A DNA stretch of 64,000 nt, taken from an uncultured Verrucomicrobiae bacterium (GTDB lineage Bacteria > Verrucomicrobiota > Verrucomicrobiia > Limisphaerales > Palsa-1400). The notes under the pieces are model-generated. The model saw nothing but the letters and a program-made list of their open reading frames with translations, was not told the DNA's origin and ran no database searches. Made by a program: the position numbers and the translations under genes. The stretch is from the NCBI GenBank assembly GCA_963764165.1, contig CAVXRD010000001.1, positions 448,001 to 512,000 on the forward strand, written 5' to 3'. Shown one piece after another: positions 45,366 to 53,514 of this stretch (positions within the stretch are counted from its first letter, which is position 1; every line of letters begins with the position of its first letter).

Positions 45366-47084
45366 TCAGGGATGGTTCGATTTTTTGGAAGAAAAGCCGT
45401 CGGCGTTCATGGAAAGGCCCGGCACGTTTGTTAATTGTTTGGACCAATTTTCCTTAACAAAGCCATTGAAAGGCGCCAAGCCTATGTAGGCAGACCATCC
45501 TCCGACAGAATTGTAAATGGCCAATTCCAATTTTCTGGGGACACCTGCGCGAAAGGATATTCGGTTCGTCGGGTAGAAGCCGAAGCCTGATCCTGCCAGA
45601 AATTGATCATCCACGAAGAGGCTGTGCCCGTCGTCGCCCGAAATGACAACATCTATGTCCCTATCCACGCTGGACTCAACCCACGTTGTAAGTATTTGGT
45701 ATCCCGTGTTTCCACCGGGGTCAAAAATGTCAGGCCCCTCATCGCTGATCGGGCTGGTCTGGCCCTTGCATTCGCGTGGCGAAGTATAACCGCGGAACAC
45801 TGCTCCCGCGTATTCACCGGGCGAAGTTGGAAAGTAGCTTGTGCCTTTTGGCTGTCTTTCAATCAGTTCCGAGTATCGCCATGCGCCAACGGGTGAAGAG
45901 GTAAAGAACGCGTTCTGCGGCGGTCGATGATGCGCCTCATAGGCCCATAATGGAATCAGAACGGCCAGAACCACCGCCAACACCAGCGCGGCATCCACCA
46001 AACGCCGACGATGCCGCGAGACCGCTCGTGAATACATATACCAGACGCTTGCCTGGGCGGCCTTCACCGGCCTGGAAGTCAGAAATCGATCCAAGTCATC
46101 AGCCAGGTCGGCGGCGCTTTGGTAACGCTGGCTGCGATCCTTGTAGAGCGATTTCAGCACAACGCGATCCAAATCGCCACGGAGAGATGGCACCCGGCTG
46201 GATGGGCGCGAGGGCTCTTTCTCGCGAATCGTGCGAAGGATTTCATCGAGCGCAGCTTGCCGAAGTTCGCCCGCATCGAACGGCGGTGCGCCAGTCAGCA
46301 ATTCATAGAGCAGAATTCCCAGCGAATAAACATCGCTCCGCCCGTCCACCTCGCGGAGGCCCAACCCGGCTTGCTCCGGGCTCATGTAGGCGGGCGTGCC
46401 AAGGAATTGCTCGAAGGCGGTGAAATACGTCTTGTCCGTCAAGGGCTGGTCGGACACAGCCTTGGCAATGCCAAAATCAATGATTTTCGGGGTGGCGCCT
46501 TGCTCGTTGGACGAAACGAGAATATTGGACGGCTTCAAATCCCGATGAACGATGCCTTTTTGATGGGCGTGCTGGACAGCCGCGCACACTTGCATGAAAA
46601 GAGCGATCCGTTGGCGCACGTCGAGCTTCTGCGTGTCGCAATAACTGGTGATCTTCTGGCCTTGCACCCATTCCATGACGAAGTAAGGACGCCCGGAGTC
46701 CGTCGCGCCGGCATCAAAAACCTTGGCGATGCCCGGATGGTCCATGCGCGCCAGCGCCTGTTTCTCGGCCGCGAATCGAGCCACCACGGCTTTGGTATCC
46801 ATTCCCAATTTGATGATCTTCAGAGCCACGTTTCGCCGAATAGGCTCCCGCTGGCTTGCCAGATAAACTGTTCCGCAGCCGCCTTCGCCCAATTTCCCGA
46901 GCAATTGATAGGGACCGATCCAGCCGCCGATTTCTTCCGCCACTGCGGCTGGCTGGGAAGGCGGAACCGGCTGTTCAGAATCAAGCTCCAGCGCAAATTC
47001 CAACAGGCAATGCAGGCAATGCCCGCGAGGTGCTCCCGGAGACACGCCTCTGCCGCAACGAGTGCATTTCTGGACATCGGCCAT
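45366..47084 (-). CDS. Hanks-type Ser/Thr protein kinase with N-terminal Zn-finger, one TM and extracytoplasmic PA14-like domain
   Basis: CTRC...CLHC; GEGGCGTVY; VALKIIK; HRDLKPSN; IIDFG; GTPAYMSPEQ; DVYSLG; TM LVLAVVLAVLIPLW; ISGDDGHSLFVDD (PA14-like DDG). Confidence 0.95.
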   Translation of the reverse strand: MADVQKCTRCGRGVSPGAPRGHCLHCLLEFALELDSEQPVPPSQPAAVAEEIGGWIGPYQLLGKLGEGGCGTVYLASQREPIRRNVALKIIKLGMDTKAVVARFAAEKQALARMDHPGIAKVFDAGATDSGRPYFVMEWVQGQKITSYCDTQKLDVRQRIALFMQVCAAVQHAHQKGIVHRDLKPSNILVSSNEQGATPKIIDFGIAKAVSDQPLTDKTYFTAFEQFLGTPAYMSPEQAGLGLREVDGRSDVYSLGILLYELLTGAPPFDAGELRQAALDEILRTIREKEPSRPSSRVPSLRGDLDRVVLKSLYKDRSQRYQSAADLADDLDRFLTSRPVKAAQASVWYMYSRAVSRHRRRLVDAALVLAVVLAVLIPLWAYEAHHRPPQNAFFTSSPVGAWRYSELIERQPKGTSYFPTSPGEYAGAVFRGYTSPRECKGQTSPISDEGPDIFDPGGNTGYQILTTWVESSVDRDIDVVISGDDGHSLFVDDQFLAGSGFGFYPTNRISFRAGVPRKLELAIYNSVGGWSAYIGLAPFNGFVKENWSKQLTNVPGLSMNADGFSSKKSNHP

Positions 47085-47092
47085 ATGAATTG

Positions 47093-47121
47093 TTCTAAAC
47101 CAACAAACCAGCGTGGTTACA
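47093..47121 (-). promoter_or_regulatory. Candidate ECF-sigma promoter, copy 1
   Basis: TGTAAC-cacgctggtttgttgg(16)-TTTAGAA, 8 nt before the kinase ATG. Confidence 0.7.
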
Positions 47122-47151
47122 AAAAAACTGGCTCCGCCGATGCGCTCAGCG

Positions 47152-47913
47152 CTAGTCGGAAATCGAGGCGAAGAGATGGCGCACTTCGTCGTCCACCTCG
47201 GCCCGCGTCACCACGGTTTGAGCGACTTCCGTTCTCAATATTTCTCCAAACCGGCGGCGCAGACGATGCAAAGCGACCTTGACGTTTCCGGCGCTCATGC
47301 CGAGCGCGGAGGCGGCGTGAGCGCTCTTCTCCGCGGTCAGTTCCTGGGTCAACCACGGCTCAAGGGCTGCAAAAAGTTTCTGTTTCCCGGATTCTTCATA
47401 TTCGGCCTTCAATTGAGCCATGACCCGCTCCACTAGGACGATGGCCCAGCCGCAGTCAAATTGCGCCTCCGGCGTCATTCCCTCCGCGGTTTCCCGCGCG
47501 AAGACGGCTTCCGCGTCGTCCAGCGAGATAATTTCGCATTGACCGCCGCGTTTGAGCCTCTGGTGCCGTGCATGCTCATTATTGAGAAAATTTGCCAGTG
47601 CCGCCAAAAGGAAGGTCCTGAATTTGCCCTTTTGCTTTTCCGCTTTTTTGATGCCGTCATACTCGAGGAAACTGGAGAAAAAGCCTTGGGTCAAATCCTC
47701 GGCATCGTGCGGAGAAGCTCCGCGCCGTCGGATAAACGCGTAGACAGGCCTCCAATAAATCCTGCACAGGTGCTCCAAAGCTCGCCCCGCCTCTTGCGCG
47801 TCGCCGGAACGGACGGTCAGAACTACGGTCCAGAGGGTGGTAGAGAAGGCTGGGCCATGCTCGGTTAAGGGCTTTCTGGCTTCGGGCAATGTAGGTTCTC
47901 CCCACTGTTTCAT
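47152..47913 (-). CDS. ECF sigma-70 factor of the kinase-associated PVC type
   Basis: FSTTLWTVVL, YWRPVYAFIRRRG, HDAEDLTQGFF, KGKFRTFLL, RLKRGG; region 4 ALGMSAGNVKVALHRLRRRF. Confidence 0.93.
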   Translation of the reverse strand: MKQWGEPTLPEARKPLTEHGPAFSTTLWTVVLTVRSGDAQEAGRALEHLCRIYWRPVYAFIRRRGASPHDAEDLTQGFFSSFLEYDGIKKAEKQKGKFRTFLLAALANFLNNEHARHQRLKRGGQCEIISLDDAEAVFARETAEGMTPEAQFDCGWAIVLVERVMAQLKAEYEESGKQKLFAALEPWLTQELTAEKSAHAASALGMSAGNVKVALHRLRRRFGEILRTEVAQTVVTRAEVDDEVRHLFASISD

Positions 47914-47925
47914 TCCGTGCGCGCA

Positions 47926-47953
47926 ATTTTACCGCGCTACGGGACGATGTAAA
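47926..47953 (-). promoter_or_regulatory. Candidate sigma70 promoter of the ECF gene
   Basis: TTTACA-N16-TAAAAT, 12 nt before the ATG at 47913. Confidence 0.5.
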
Positions 47954-48090
47954 CAGAATATCAAGGCAAATGGGATCATTCGCGCTTTTTTCGGCAGTTC
48001 CAGGGTTTCAAATTAAATTTCTCTGCCTTTTGAAATCTGGTTTGAGCATATTTCGCGGATGCTGCTAGGGTTGCAATATGCTCGCGCCAA

Positions 48091-49188
48091 ATGAATAAGC
48101 GATTTCGCATCGTGTGGACTTTGTCCGCGGGATGGCTGCTCGCGGTCGCAGCAGACGCCGCTCAGATTCATTTTGATTTCACCAAAACTCCGCCGGGGCA
48201 GACACCGGCTGGTTTTTTCAGCCTCGCGACCGGTCATGCTGCGGCTTCGATTTGGCGGGTGCGCGAAGACGCGGTGCCGCCAACCATTGCGCCGTTGACG
48301 GAGAAAGCGCGCGAAGAAACCGCCACGCAATCCGTTCTCGCGCCGGCGGCCGGAAGCTCGGGCCCGGGAGACTTTTCCGTCCTCCTCTACACCAACGAGG
48401 TGTTTTCTGAATTCGTATTGACGGCGCGGATGAAAATCTCCAGCGGCGAGGCGGGCGTGGTGCTGCGGGCGCAGGATGCGAATAATTATTATGTCGTACG
48501 CGCCAGCACGGAGGGAAATTTGCTTTGGTATCGGGTCGTCGGCGGGAAGGCTTATGACATGCTTGGCGTGGGTGTGCGGCTGCCGTTTCCGCCAGACGTG
48601 TGGCAGGAATTAAAGGTGGAATGCGCCGGGAATCAAACGCGCTGTTATCTGAATGGCAAACTGGTTATTCCTCCGGCCAAGGCCGGCGCGCCGACCAACG
48701 ACCTTGCTGTCAATGATACAACGTTCGCGCGCGGGAAAATCGGTTTCTGGCGGCGCGGCGATGCGAAGTGCGCCTTCGCCGGCGCGCGCGTGCAATACAT
48801 GCCTAAAGTCCCCTTTGCCGAGACGGTGGTGGCGGACATCAGGGAGAAATATCCGCGCCTGCTTGGCCTGAAAATTTACGCCAACAAGGAATCGAACGCG
48901 CCCGTCATCATCGCCGATTTGCATGGCGAAGGGGTTGGGAGCGCGGGCGCAAAATACGAGGAGGATGTGATCCAAAAAGGCGTGATGTATTATCTGCCGG
49001 ATGGCAAAGCGGTGGAAGTGACAATGCCGCTGCGGGATCGCAATGGAGAGGTCGCCGCCGCATTGAAAACGCGCATGACCACTTTCCCCGGCGAGTCGAG
49101 GGACAACGCCATCGCCCGAGCCACGGTGATCCGAAAAGCTATTGAGCAGCGCATGAAGACGCTGCAAGATAGCTTGATGGAGCAATGA
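48091..49188 (+). CDS. Secreted protein with DUF1080/lectin-like domain and C-terminal PDC/Cache-like domain
   Basis: Signal peptide; AGVVLRAQDANNYYVVRA...WQELKVE...CYLNGK...DTTFARGKIGFW; tail VEVTMPLRDRNGEVAAAL. Confidence 0.75.
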   Translation: MNKRFRIVWTLSAGWLLAVAADAAQIHFDFTKTPPGQTPAGFFSLATGHAAASIWRVREDAVPPTIAPLTEKAREETATQSVLAPAAGSSGPGDFSVLLYTNEVFSEFVLTARMKISSGEAGVVLRAQDANNYYVVRASTEGNLLWYRVVGGKAYDMLGVGVRLPFPPDVWQELKVECAGNQTRCYLNGKLVIPPAKAGAPTNDLAVNDTTFARGKIGFWRRGDAKCAFAGARVQYMPKVPFAETVVADIREKYPRLLGLKIYANKESNAPVIIADLHGEGVGSAGAKYEEDVIQKGVMYYLPDGKAVEVTMPLRDRNGEVAAALKTRMTTFPGESRDNAIARATVIRKAIEQRMKTLQDSLMEQ

Positions 49189-49193
49189 AGAGG

Positions 49194-49540
49194 GGAAATA
49201 TTTAATCAGGAACGGCCGAACTCAGGAAAGAGGCTGAAGGTGATTTCATGCGGATTCATTATTCGCGGCCATTCGACTGAAGCACTGTCAAACTGATGCG
49301 GCAGGGTGAGGCTCCCGCCAAGCCTCTTCGGAAATAGGGATGGCTCGGCGGGAGGCCCCAACCAAATGATTTGGTGAGAAGCGCCAATGAATCAAAGATG
49401 AAATGCGGGTCGCGTGTCGCGCTCGGCGCCCTCGCCGAGCGCTTCCCCGGACAGTTCATTGGCAGCCTCGCCCCGCCAAGTTCAGCGGAATTTGCGGCCT
49501 CTTTTCCTGAGTTCGGTCGTTCCTGATTAAAAAAATTTCC
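49194..49540. mobile_element. MITE-like element with ~43-bp terminal inverted repeats and an internal REP
   Basis: Left GGAAATATTTAATCAGGAACGGCCGAACTCAGGAAAGAGGC vs right reverse complement GGAAATTTTTTTAATCAGGAACGACCGAACTCAGGAAAAGAGGC; GGCAGGG REP at 49300-49363. Confidence 0.65.
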
Positions 49541-49544
49541 GATT

Positions 49545-50216
49545 TCAGCGTGTGGGAGCACCCTCGCTCAATCGCGTGTGAATTATTTCCAGGATTTTCG
49601 CGCAGGTTTGATCGGAGGTGAGGCCGGAATTATTAATGACAACAGCGCCGAGCGCAATCATCAGCGGCGCTTCGGCGCGCTGGCTGTCGCGCTGGTCGCG
49701 GGCGGCCAGATTTTCGTTCAGCCCCTCGGCGGCGCGGCGTTTGGACCGCTCATCAAGGTGCGCGTCGAGGTAAAATTTGAAATCCGTCTCGGGAAAAACA
49801 TTCGTGCCAATGTCGCGGCCTTCCATCACCAGATTCCCGAAAGCGATGCACTCGCGCTGTTTCTCCTTCATCCATTTCCGAACCGCCGGCACGGCGGCGG
49901 CATGCGAAACGGCTTCGCTCACCGCGCCTGTGCGAATTTCCTTTTCTGGAAAATATCCGTCCACCAAAAGCCGGACTTTTCCGTCGATGCAATCGAGCTT
50001 CGTCTTCCAATGGCGGCAAACGGCGGCAACGGCTTTGGGATCATGGACATCTGTTTTTTTCTGCAAGCAATGCCAGGCCAGCGTGCGGTACATCGCGCCT
50101 GTATCCACGTAAACGTAGCCGAGCGCCTTGGCCACCATGCGCGCATTGGTGCTTTTGCCGCTGGCGCTGGTGCCGTCGATGGCGATGATGATGGGCGAGG
50201 GTTTGGAATGGCTCAT
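49545..50216 (-). CDS. cmk: Cytidylate kinase
   Basis: IAIDGTSASGKST, VDTGAMYR, VMEGRDIGTNVFP, RDQRDSQR. Confidence 0.96.
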   Translation of the reverse strand: MSHSKPSPIIIAIDGTSASGKSTNARMVAKALGYVYVDTGAMYRTLAWHCLQKKTDVHDPKAVAAVCRHWKTKLDCIDGKVRLLVDGYFPEKEIRTGAVSEAVSHAAAVPAVRKWMKEKQRECIAFGNLVMEGRDIGTNVFPETDFKFYLDAHLDERSKRRAAEGLNENLAARDQRDSQRAEAPLMIALGAVVINNSGLTSDQTCAKILEIIHTRLSEGAPTR

Positions 50217-50221
50217 GCCGC

Positions 50222-51505
50222 TTAATCCGCAAAAAGGTCTTCACCGCTCAGAATCCGGCCTGAGCGCGGGTCAAGAATCGTCGCGCCCAGCCCCGATGGA
50301 GCTGGCGCCGCGAGCTTCTGGAAAAAATTTGGGAATGTCTTTTTCACGCAGGACGGATTTTTGATGCGGATGCCTTCCGTTTTCAATCCAACGGTGGCGA
50401 AACACATCGCCATCCGATGATCGTTGTAGGTTTCGATCTCCGCGCCGCGCATCTTTCCCGCTGCCGGAAAAACAGTCAAGTCATCCTTCTCCTCAATCAC
50501 CATCGCGCCGCATTTGGTGAGCTCGGCTTTGAGGGCGGCGACACGCTCGCATTCCTGCACACGCAGACTTTGGAGGTCGCGGAACTTTGCCGGGGCATTG
50601 CCGAAAGGTGCCACCGCGATGGCCGTCATGATGCTGTCGCCCAATTCGCGGCGTCGCGAAACTTCCGCGGGCAGCGGGAGAAACTTCGGAAAGGCCGCGT
50701 CAATCTGCCAGTCCGAGTTCGGGAACGCCGCCACTTCAATGCGCTCGCCGTTCTTGCGCGGCATCAGCCAATTCGCCGCGTAAAAATAACTGGCGCTCGA
50801 AGCATCCGGCTCAATTTGAAATTCACCGCCGTTCTTCGGAAATGCGGAGATAAGCTGCCGCGTCATCGCCACGTAGGGCGCTTCCTCCTCCGATTCGCCG
50901 TCCAGTTCAATTTTCCATTTCCCCTGGCTTGCGCACAGGAGAAGGGCCGAGGCAAATTGCGAGCTTTCCGAAATATCCACATGGCAGCTTCCCGCTTTTG
51001 GCCCCGCGCCGTGAATGTCCGCCGGCAACCGGTCATTCGGGGAATCAATGCGATAGCCAAGCGTGCGCAAGGCGGCGAAGAGCGCGGCTTGCGGGCGCTC
51101 GTGCATCCGCGCCGTGCCGTGCAGCCGAAAAACGCCGCGGCCCAAACACACGAAAGCCGCCAGAAACCGCGCGGCGGTCCCGGCATTGCCGACGAAGAGC
51201 GAAAGCGGATGATCGACGGCGCCGCCATTCAATTCGCGGACGCCCAACCCTGTCAAACGAATGGTGCGATTGCAAAATTCGTTCGTGTCCGCCTCCAATT
51301 CAATTGACAGCCCCAGCTCCCGCAGCGCCGCCGTCATGATTTGCGTGTCCTCGCTCCAGAGCGCGCCGCGCAAGGTCACGGCTCCATTGGCGAGCGCCGC
51401 GAGGATGAGGGCCCGATTGGTGATGCTCTTTGAGCCAGGCACCGTGACGACTGCCGATACTGGCGCAGCCAGCGGCACGATCTCAATGATCTCGGGCAAT
51501 GGCAT
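50222..51505 (-). CDS. aroA: 3-phosphoshikimate 1-carboxyvinyltransferase (EPSP synthase)
   Basis: PGSKSITNRAL, GNAGTAARFL, SSQFASALL, TYNDHRMAM, CVKKTFPNFF. Confidence 0.96.
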   Translation of the reverse strand: MPLPEIIEIVPLAAPVSAVVTVPGSKSITNRALILAALANGAVTLRGALWSEDTQIMTAALRELGLSIELEADTNEFCNRTIRLTGLGVRELNGGAVDHPLSLFVGNAGTAARFLAAFVCLGRGVFRLHGTARMHERPQAALFAALRTLGYRIDSPNDRLPADIHGAGPKAGSCHVDISESSQFASALLLCASQGKWKIELDGESEEEAPYVAMTRQLISAFPKNGGEFQIEPDASSASYFYAANWLMPRKNGERIEVAAFPNSDWQIDAAFPKFLPLPAEVSRRRELGDSIMTAIAVAPFGNAPAKFRDLQSLRVQECERVAALKAELTKCGAMVIEEKDDLTVFPAAGKMRGAEIETYNDHRMAMCFATVGLKTEGIRIKNPSCVKKTFPNFFQKLAAPAPSGLGATILDPRSGRILSGEDLFAD

Positions 51506-51515
51506 GGCGCGCGGA

Positions 51516-52397
51516 CTATTCGGCCGGGGATGTGGAGATGGCGCGCCAGTCGTCGCGGCGCTGCTTGGCTTTGGCGAAAAATTCCTCGATGGCGGTCACG
51601 TCCTGGCGTTCGAGCGCAATCTGAAATTCCTGCAAATCCTCGATAAAAACGCCGAGAACGCGGGCCAGATTGTGCCGGTTTGCCAGCGCAATATCGCGCC
51701 ACATTTCCGCCGAGCCCGAGGCGATGCGCGTGGTGTCGCGAAATCCATTGGCGCACACAAGCGCCTGCTCCTTCGGATGGACCGGGCTCAAGATGTAATT
51801 GGCCAATTCCGCCGCGACGACGTGCGGCAAGTGGCTCGACCGGCTGACAAGGTCATCGTGAACTTCCGGCGTCAGGCGCAGCGGACGCCCGCCGACCGAT
51901 TTCCAAAATTCCTCGACTTGACTGATCGCGCCCGCCGTCGAAAAACGGCCGGGAGTGACGAGGCAGACCGCGTTTTCAAATAAATCCGCCCTCGCCGCCG
52001 CCACGCCGGATTTTTCCGAGCCGGCCATCGGATGGCTGCCGATAAATTCCGCGCCGACCTGGCGCGCGATCGGCTCCAGCTCCCGCACCACCGTTCCTTT
52101 GACACTGCCAACATCGGTGACAATCGCGCCGCGTTTCAGGAAGGCTTGAATTTGGTCCAGCAGCCCGGCCATTTGGGCCAGCGGCGTGCAGAGAATCACC
52201 AAATCCGCCCCGGTGACGGCCTCCTTGGCGTCCTTGGTCACGATATCGGCGATTCCGAGGGCGCGGCATTCCTCCAAAGAGGAATCGCGCCGAACGAAGG
52301 CCGAAATCCGAGCGGCCAACTGGCGTTGTCTGATGGCGAGAGCCAGGGAACCGCCCAGCAAGCCCGCACCGATGACACTGATGTTATTCCAGCGCAT
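51516..52397 (-). CDS. tyrA: Prephenate/arogenate dehydrogenase
   Basis: GAGLLGGS Rossmann fold; TDVGSVK; HPMAGSE; HD...SHLPH; GFRDTTRIA...MWRDI. Confidence 0.93.
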   Translation of the reverse strand: MRWNNISVIGAGLLGGSLALAIRQRQLAARISAFVRRDSSLEECRALGIADIVTKDAKEAVTGADLVILCTPLAQMAGLLDQIQAFLKRGAIVTDVGSVKGTVVRELEPIARQVGAEFIGSHPMAGSEKSGVAAARADLFENAVCLVTPGRFSTAGAISQVEEFWKSVGGRPLRLTPEVHDDLVSRSSHLPHVVAAELANYILSPVHPKEQALVCANGFRDTTRIASGSAEMWRDIALANRHNLARVLGVFIEDLQEFQIALERQDVTAIEEFFAKAKQRRDDWRAISTSPAE

Positions 52398-52448
52398 TGA
52401 TCCCCGTGAGGGTACGCCATTCTCCCGTCAAGTCGAACGGAATTTTTG

Positions 52449-52617
52449 AAGCAGCTTCGCACTCGCCTGGTTCTGGCGAAGCTCCAAGCAGGACTCGTTC
52501 TTAATTTTGGCCTAAAGAATCACGGATGGGATCACGCATCGCCAATGGCCCGCCAGAAGGAAAGAAGCTTCGCGCAGAAAAGATGAGCGCGCGGAGCAAA
52601 TCCCCCTCCACTGAAAG
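52449..52617 (+). pseudogene. Second, frameshifted relic of the same GxxExxY C-terminal fragment as 5383-5567
   Basis: KQLRTRLVLAKLQAGLVLNFG; shares CTGGTTCTGGCGAAGCTCCAAGCAGG, TCGTTCTTAATTTTGG, TTCGCGCAGA.AAGATGAG and CTCCACTGAAA with the first copy. Confidence 0.75.
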
Positions 52618-52698
52618 CGGATGGGCGGCAGAATTCTTCATGCGGGCTTGCCGCCAAAGCGCCGTCGGCGCTCCATCGGCGGCCCCGCCAATCCGTGA

Positions 52699-53031
52699 TT
52701 ACGCCTCTTTCGGGATTAATTCAGCAGCCAGAATGGCGGCCTTTTGCCCCGAAACCCGAATTTTCAATTTGCGGCGCAGGTAGGTGTCCTCGCGATTGAA
52801 GCTCTGAAAGCTCAGCAAGTGGCCCTGCGCCTCCCAGCGCGTCGACTTTTCACCCAAGGCCCGCAAGAACTCGAGGTCCACCGCGAAAAGATCCCGCTTA
52901 AAAATGCGGATTATCGGCGCGAAGAGCTTGGCGTGCGGGTAAAGGCACTCTTGCAGCGCTTTATTTTCATATTCTGATTCGGGACAGCCAAATTTTTCAC
53001 AAAAACGCGCTCGGAAATTTTGGTTTATCAC
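52699..53031 (-). CDS. Hypothetical protein (~110 aa)
   Basis: C-terminal part of ORF 52699..53193 looks protein-like (FRARFCEKFGCP...CLYPHA...LRRKLKIRVSG); GTG start inferred. Confidence 0.6.
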   Translation of the reverse strand: MINQNFRARFCEKFGCPESEYENKALQECLYPHAKLFAPIIRIFKRDLFAVDLEFLRALGEKSTRWEAQGHLLSFQSFNREDTYLRRKLKIRVSGQKAAILAAELIPKEA

Positions 53032-53514
53032 TGTACACGGTATCCAAGTTGCCAACCCTGATTCAGCAAGGCGACATGTTTTTCCACAAAACATCGCAGT
53101 TTGCAACGATTGCTCAAGCCGTTGCACTTGACAGAACCGGGAAGGATTACAAAATACGGCTCCAAACTTTTCAACAGCCGGATAGCTGCGCACAGCCTTG
53201 AAAAAAGCCGAATTGAGTTCGATCGACCGGGATTTGCAATGGCTGCCTTGGTTTCAGGCCCCCCATCGCCGCGAAAACAATGAAAGGCTTTTCTCGATCT
53301 GTCAAGAGCCAAAGTGTTAAACATAAGACACATCCACAAGGAGCTCTTTCCGGGTGCAATATAACATCCCACCGCGGGCAAAGCCCGCATGGGTCATTTG
53401 CCTACCCCAAAAACTCAGGTTTTCCCGCAGCCCCGATTCATCTGAAATATCCGTAGCTCTTTCGGGGGAGACGCGATTGCACCGGCCCCTAAATTCGGCG
53501 ATACAATTTCAACG

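Noticed and set aside
46119..47282. 387-aa plus-strand ORF (and similar long antisense ORFs at 4470, 10509, 15429, 17146, 50417)
   Set aside because: Antisense to well-supported genes; expected in GC-rich DNA and without family motifs
47152..47913. Assigning the sigma to the EcfP/ECF43 phosphorylation-switch type
   Set aside because: It retains a canonical DAED motif rather than a Ser/Thr-substituted one; group assignment needs an HMM search
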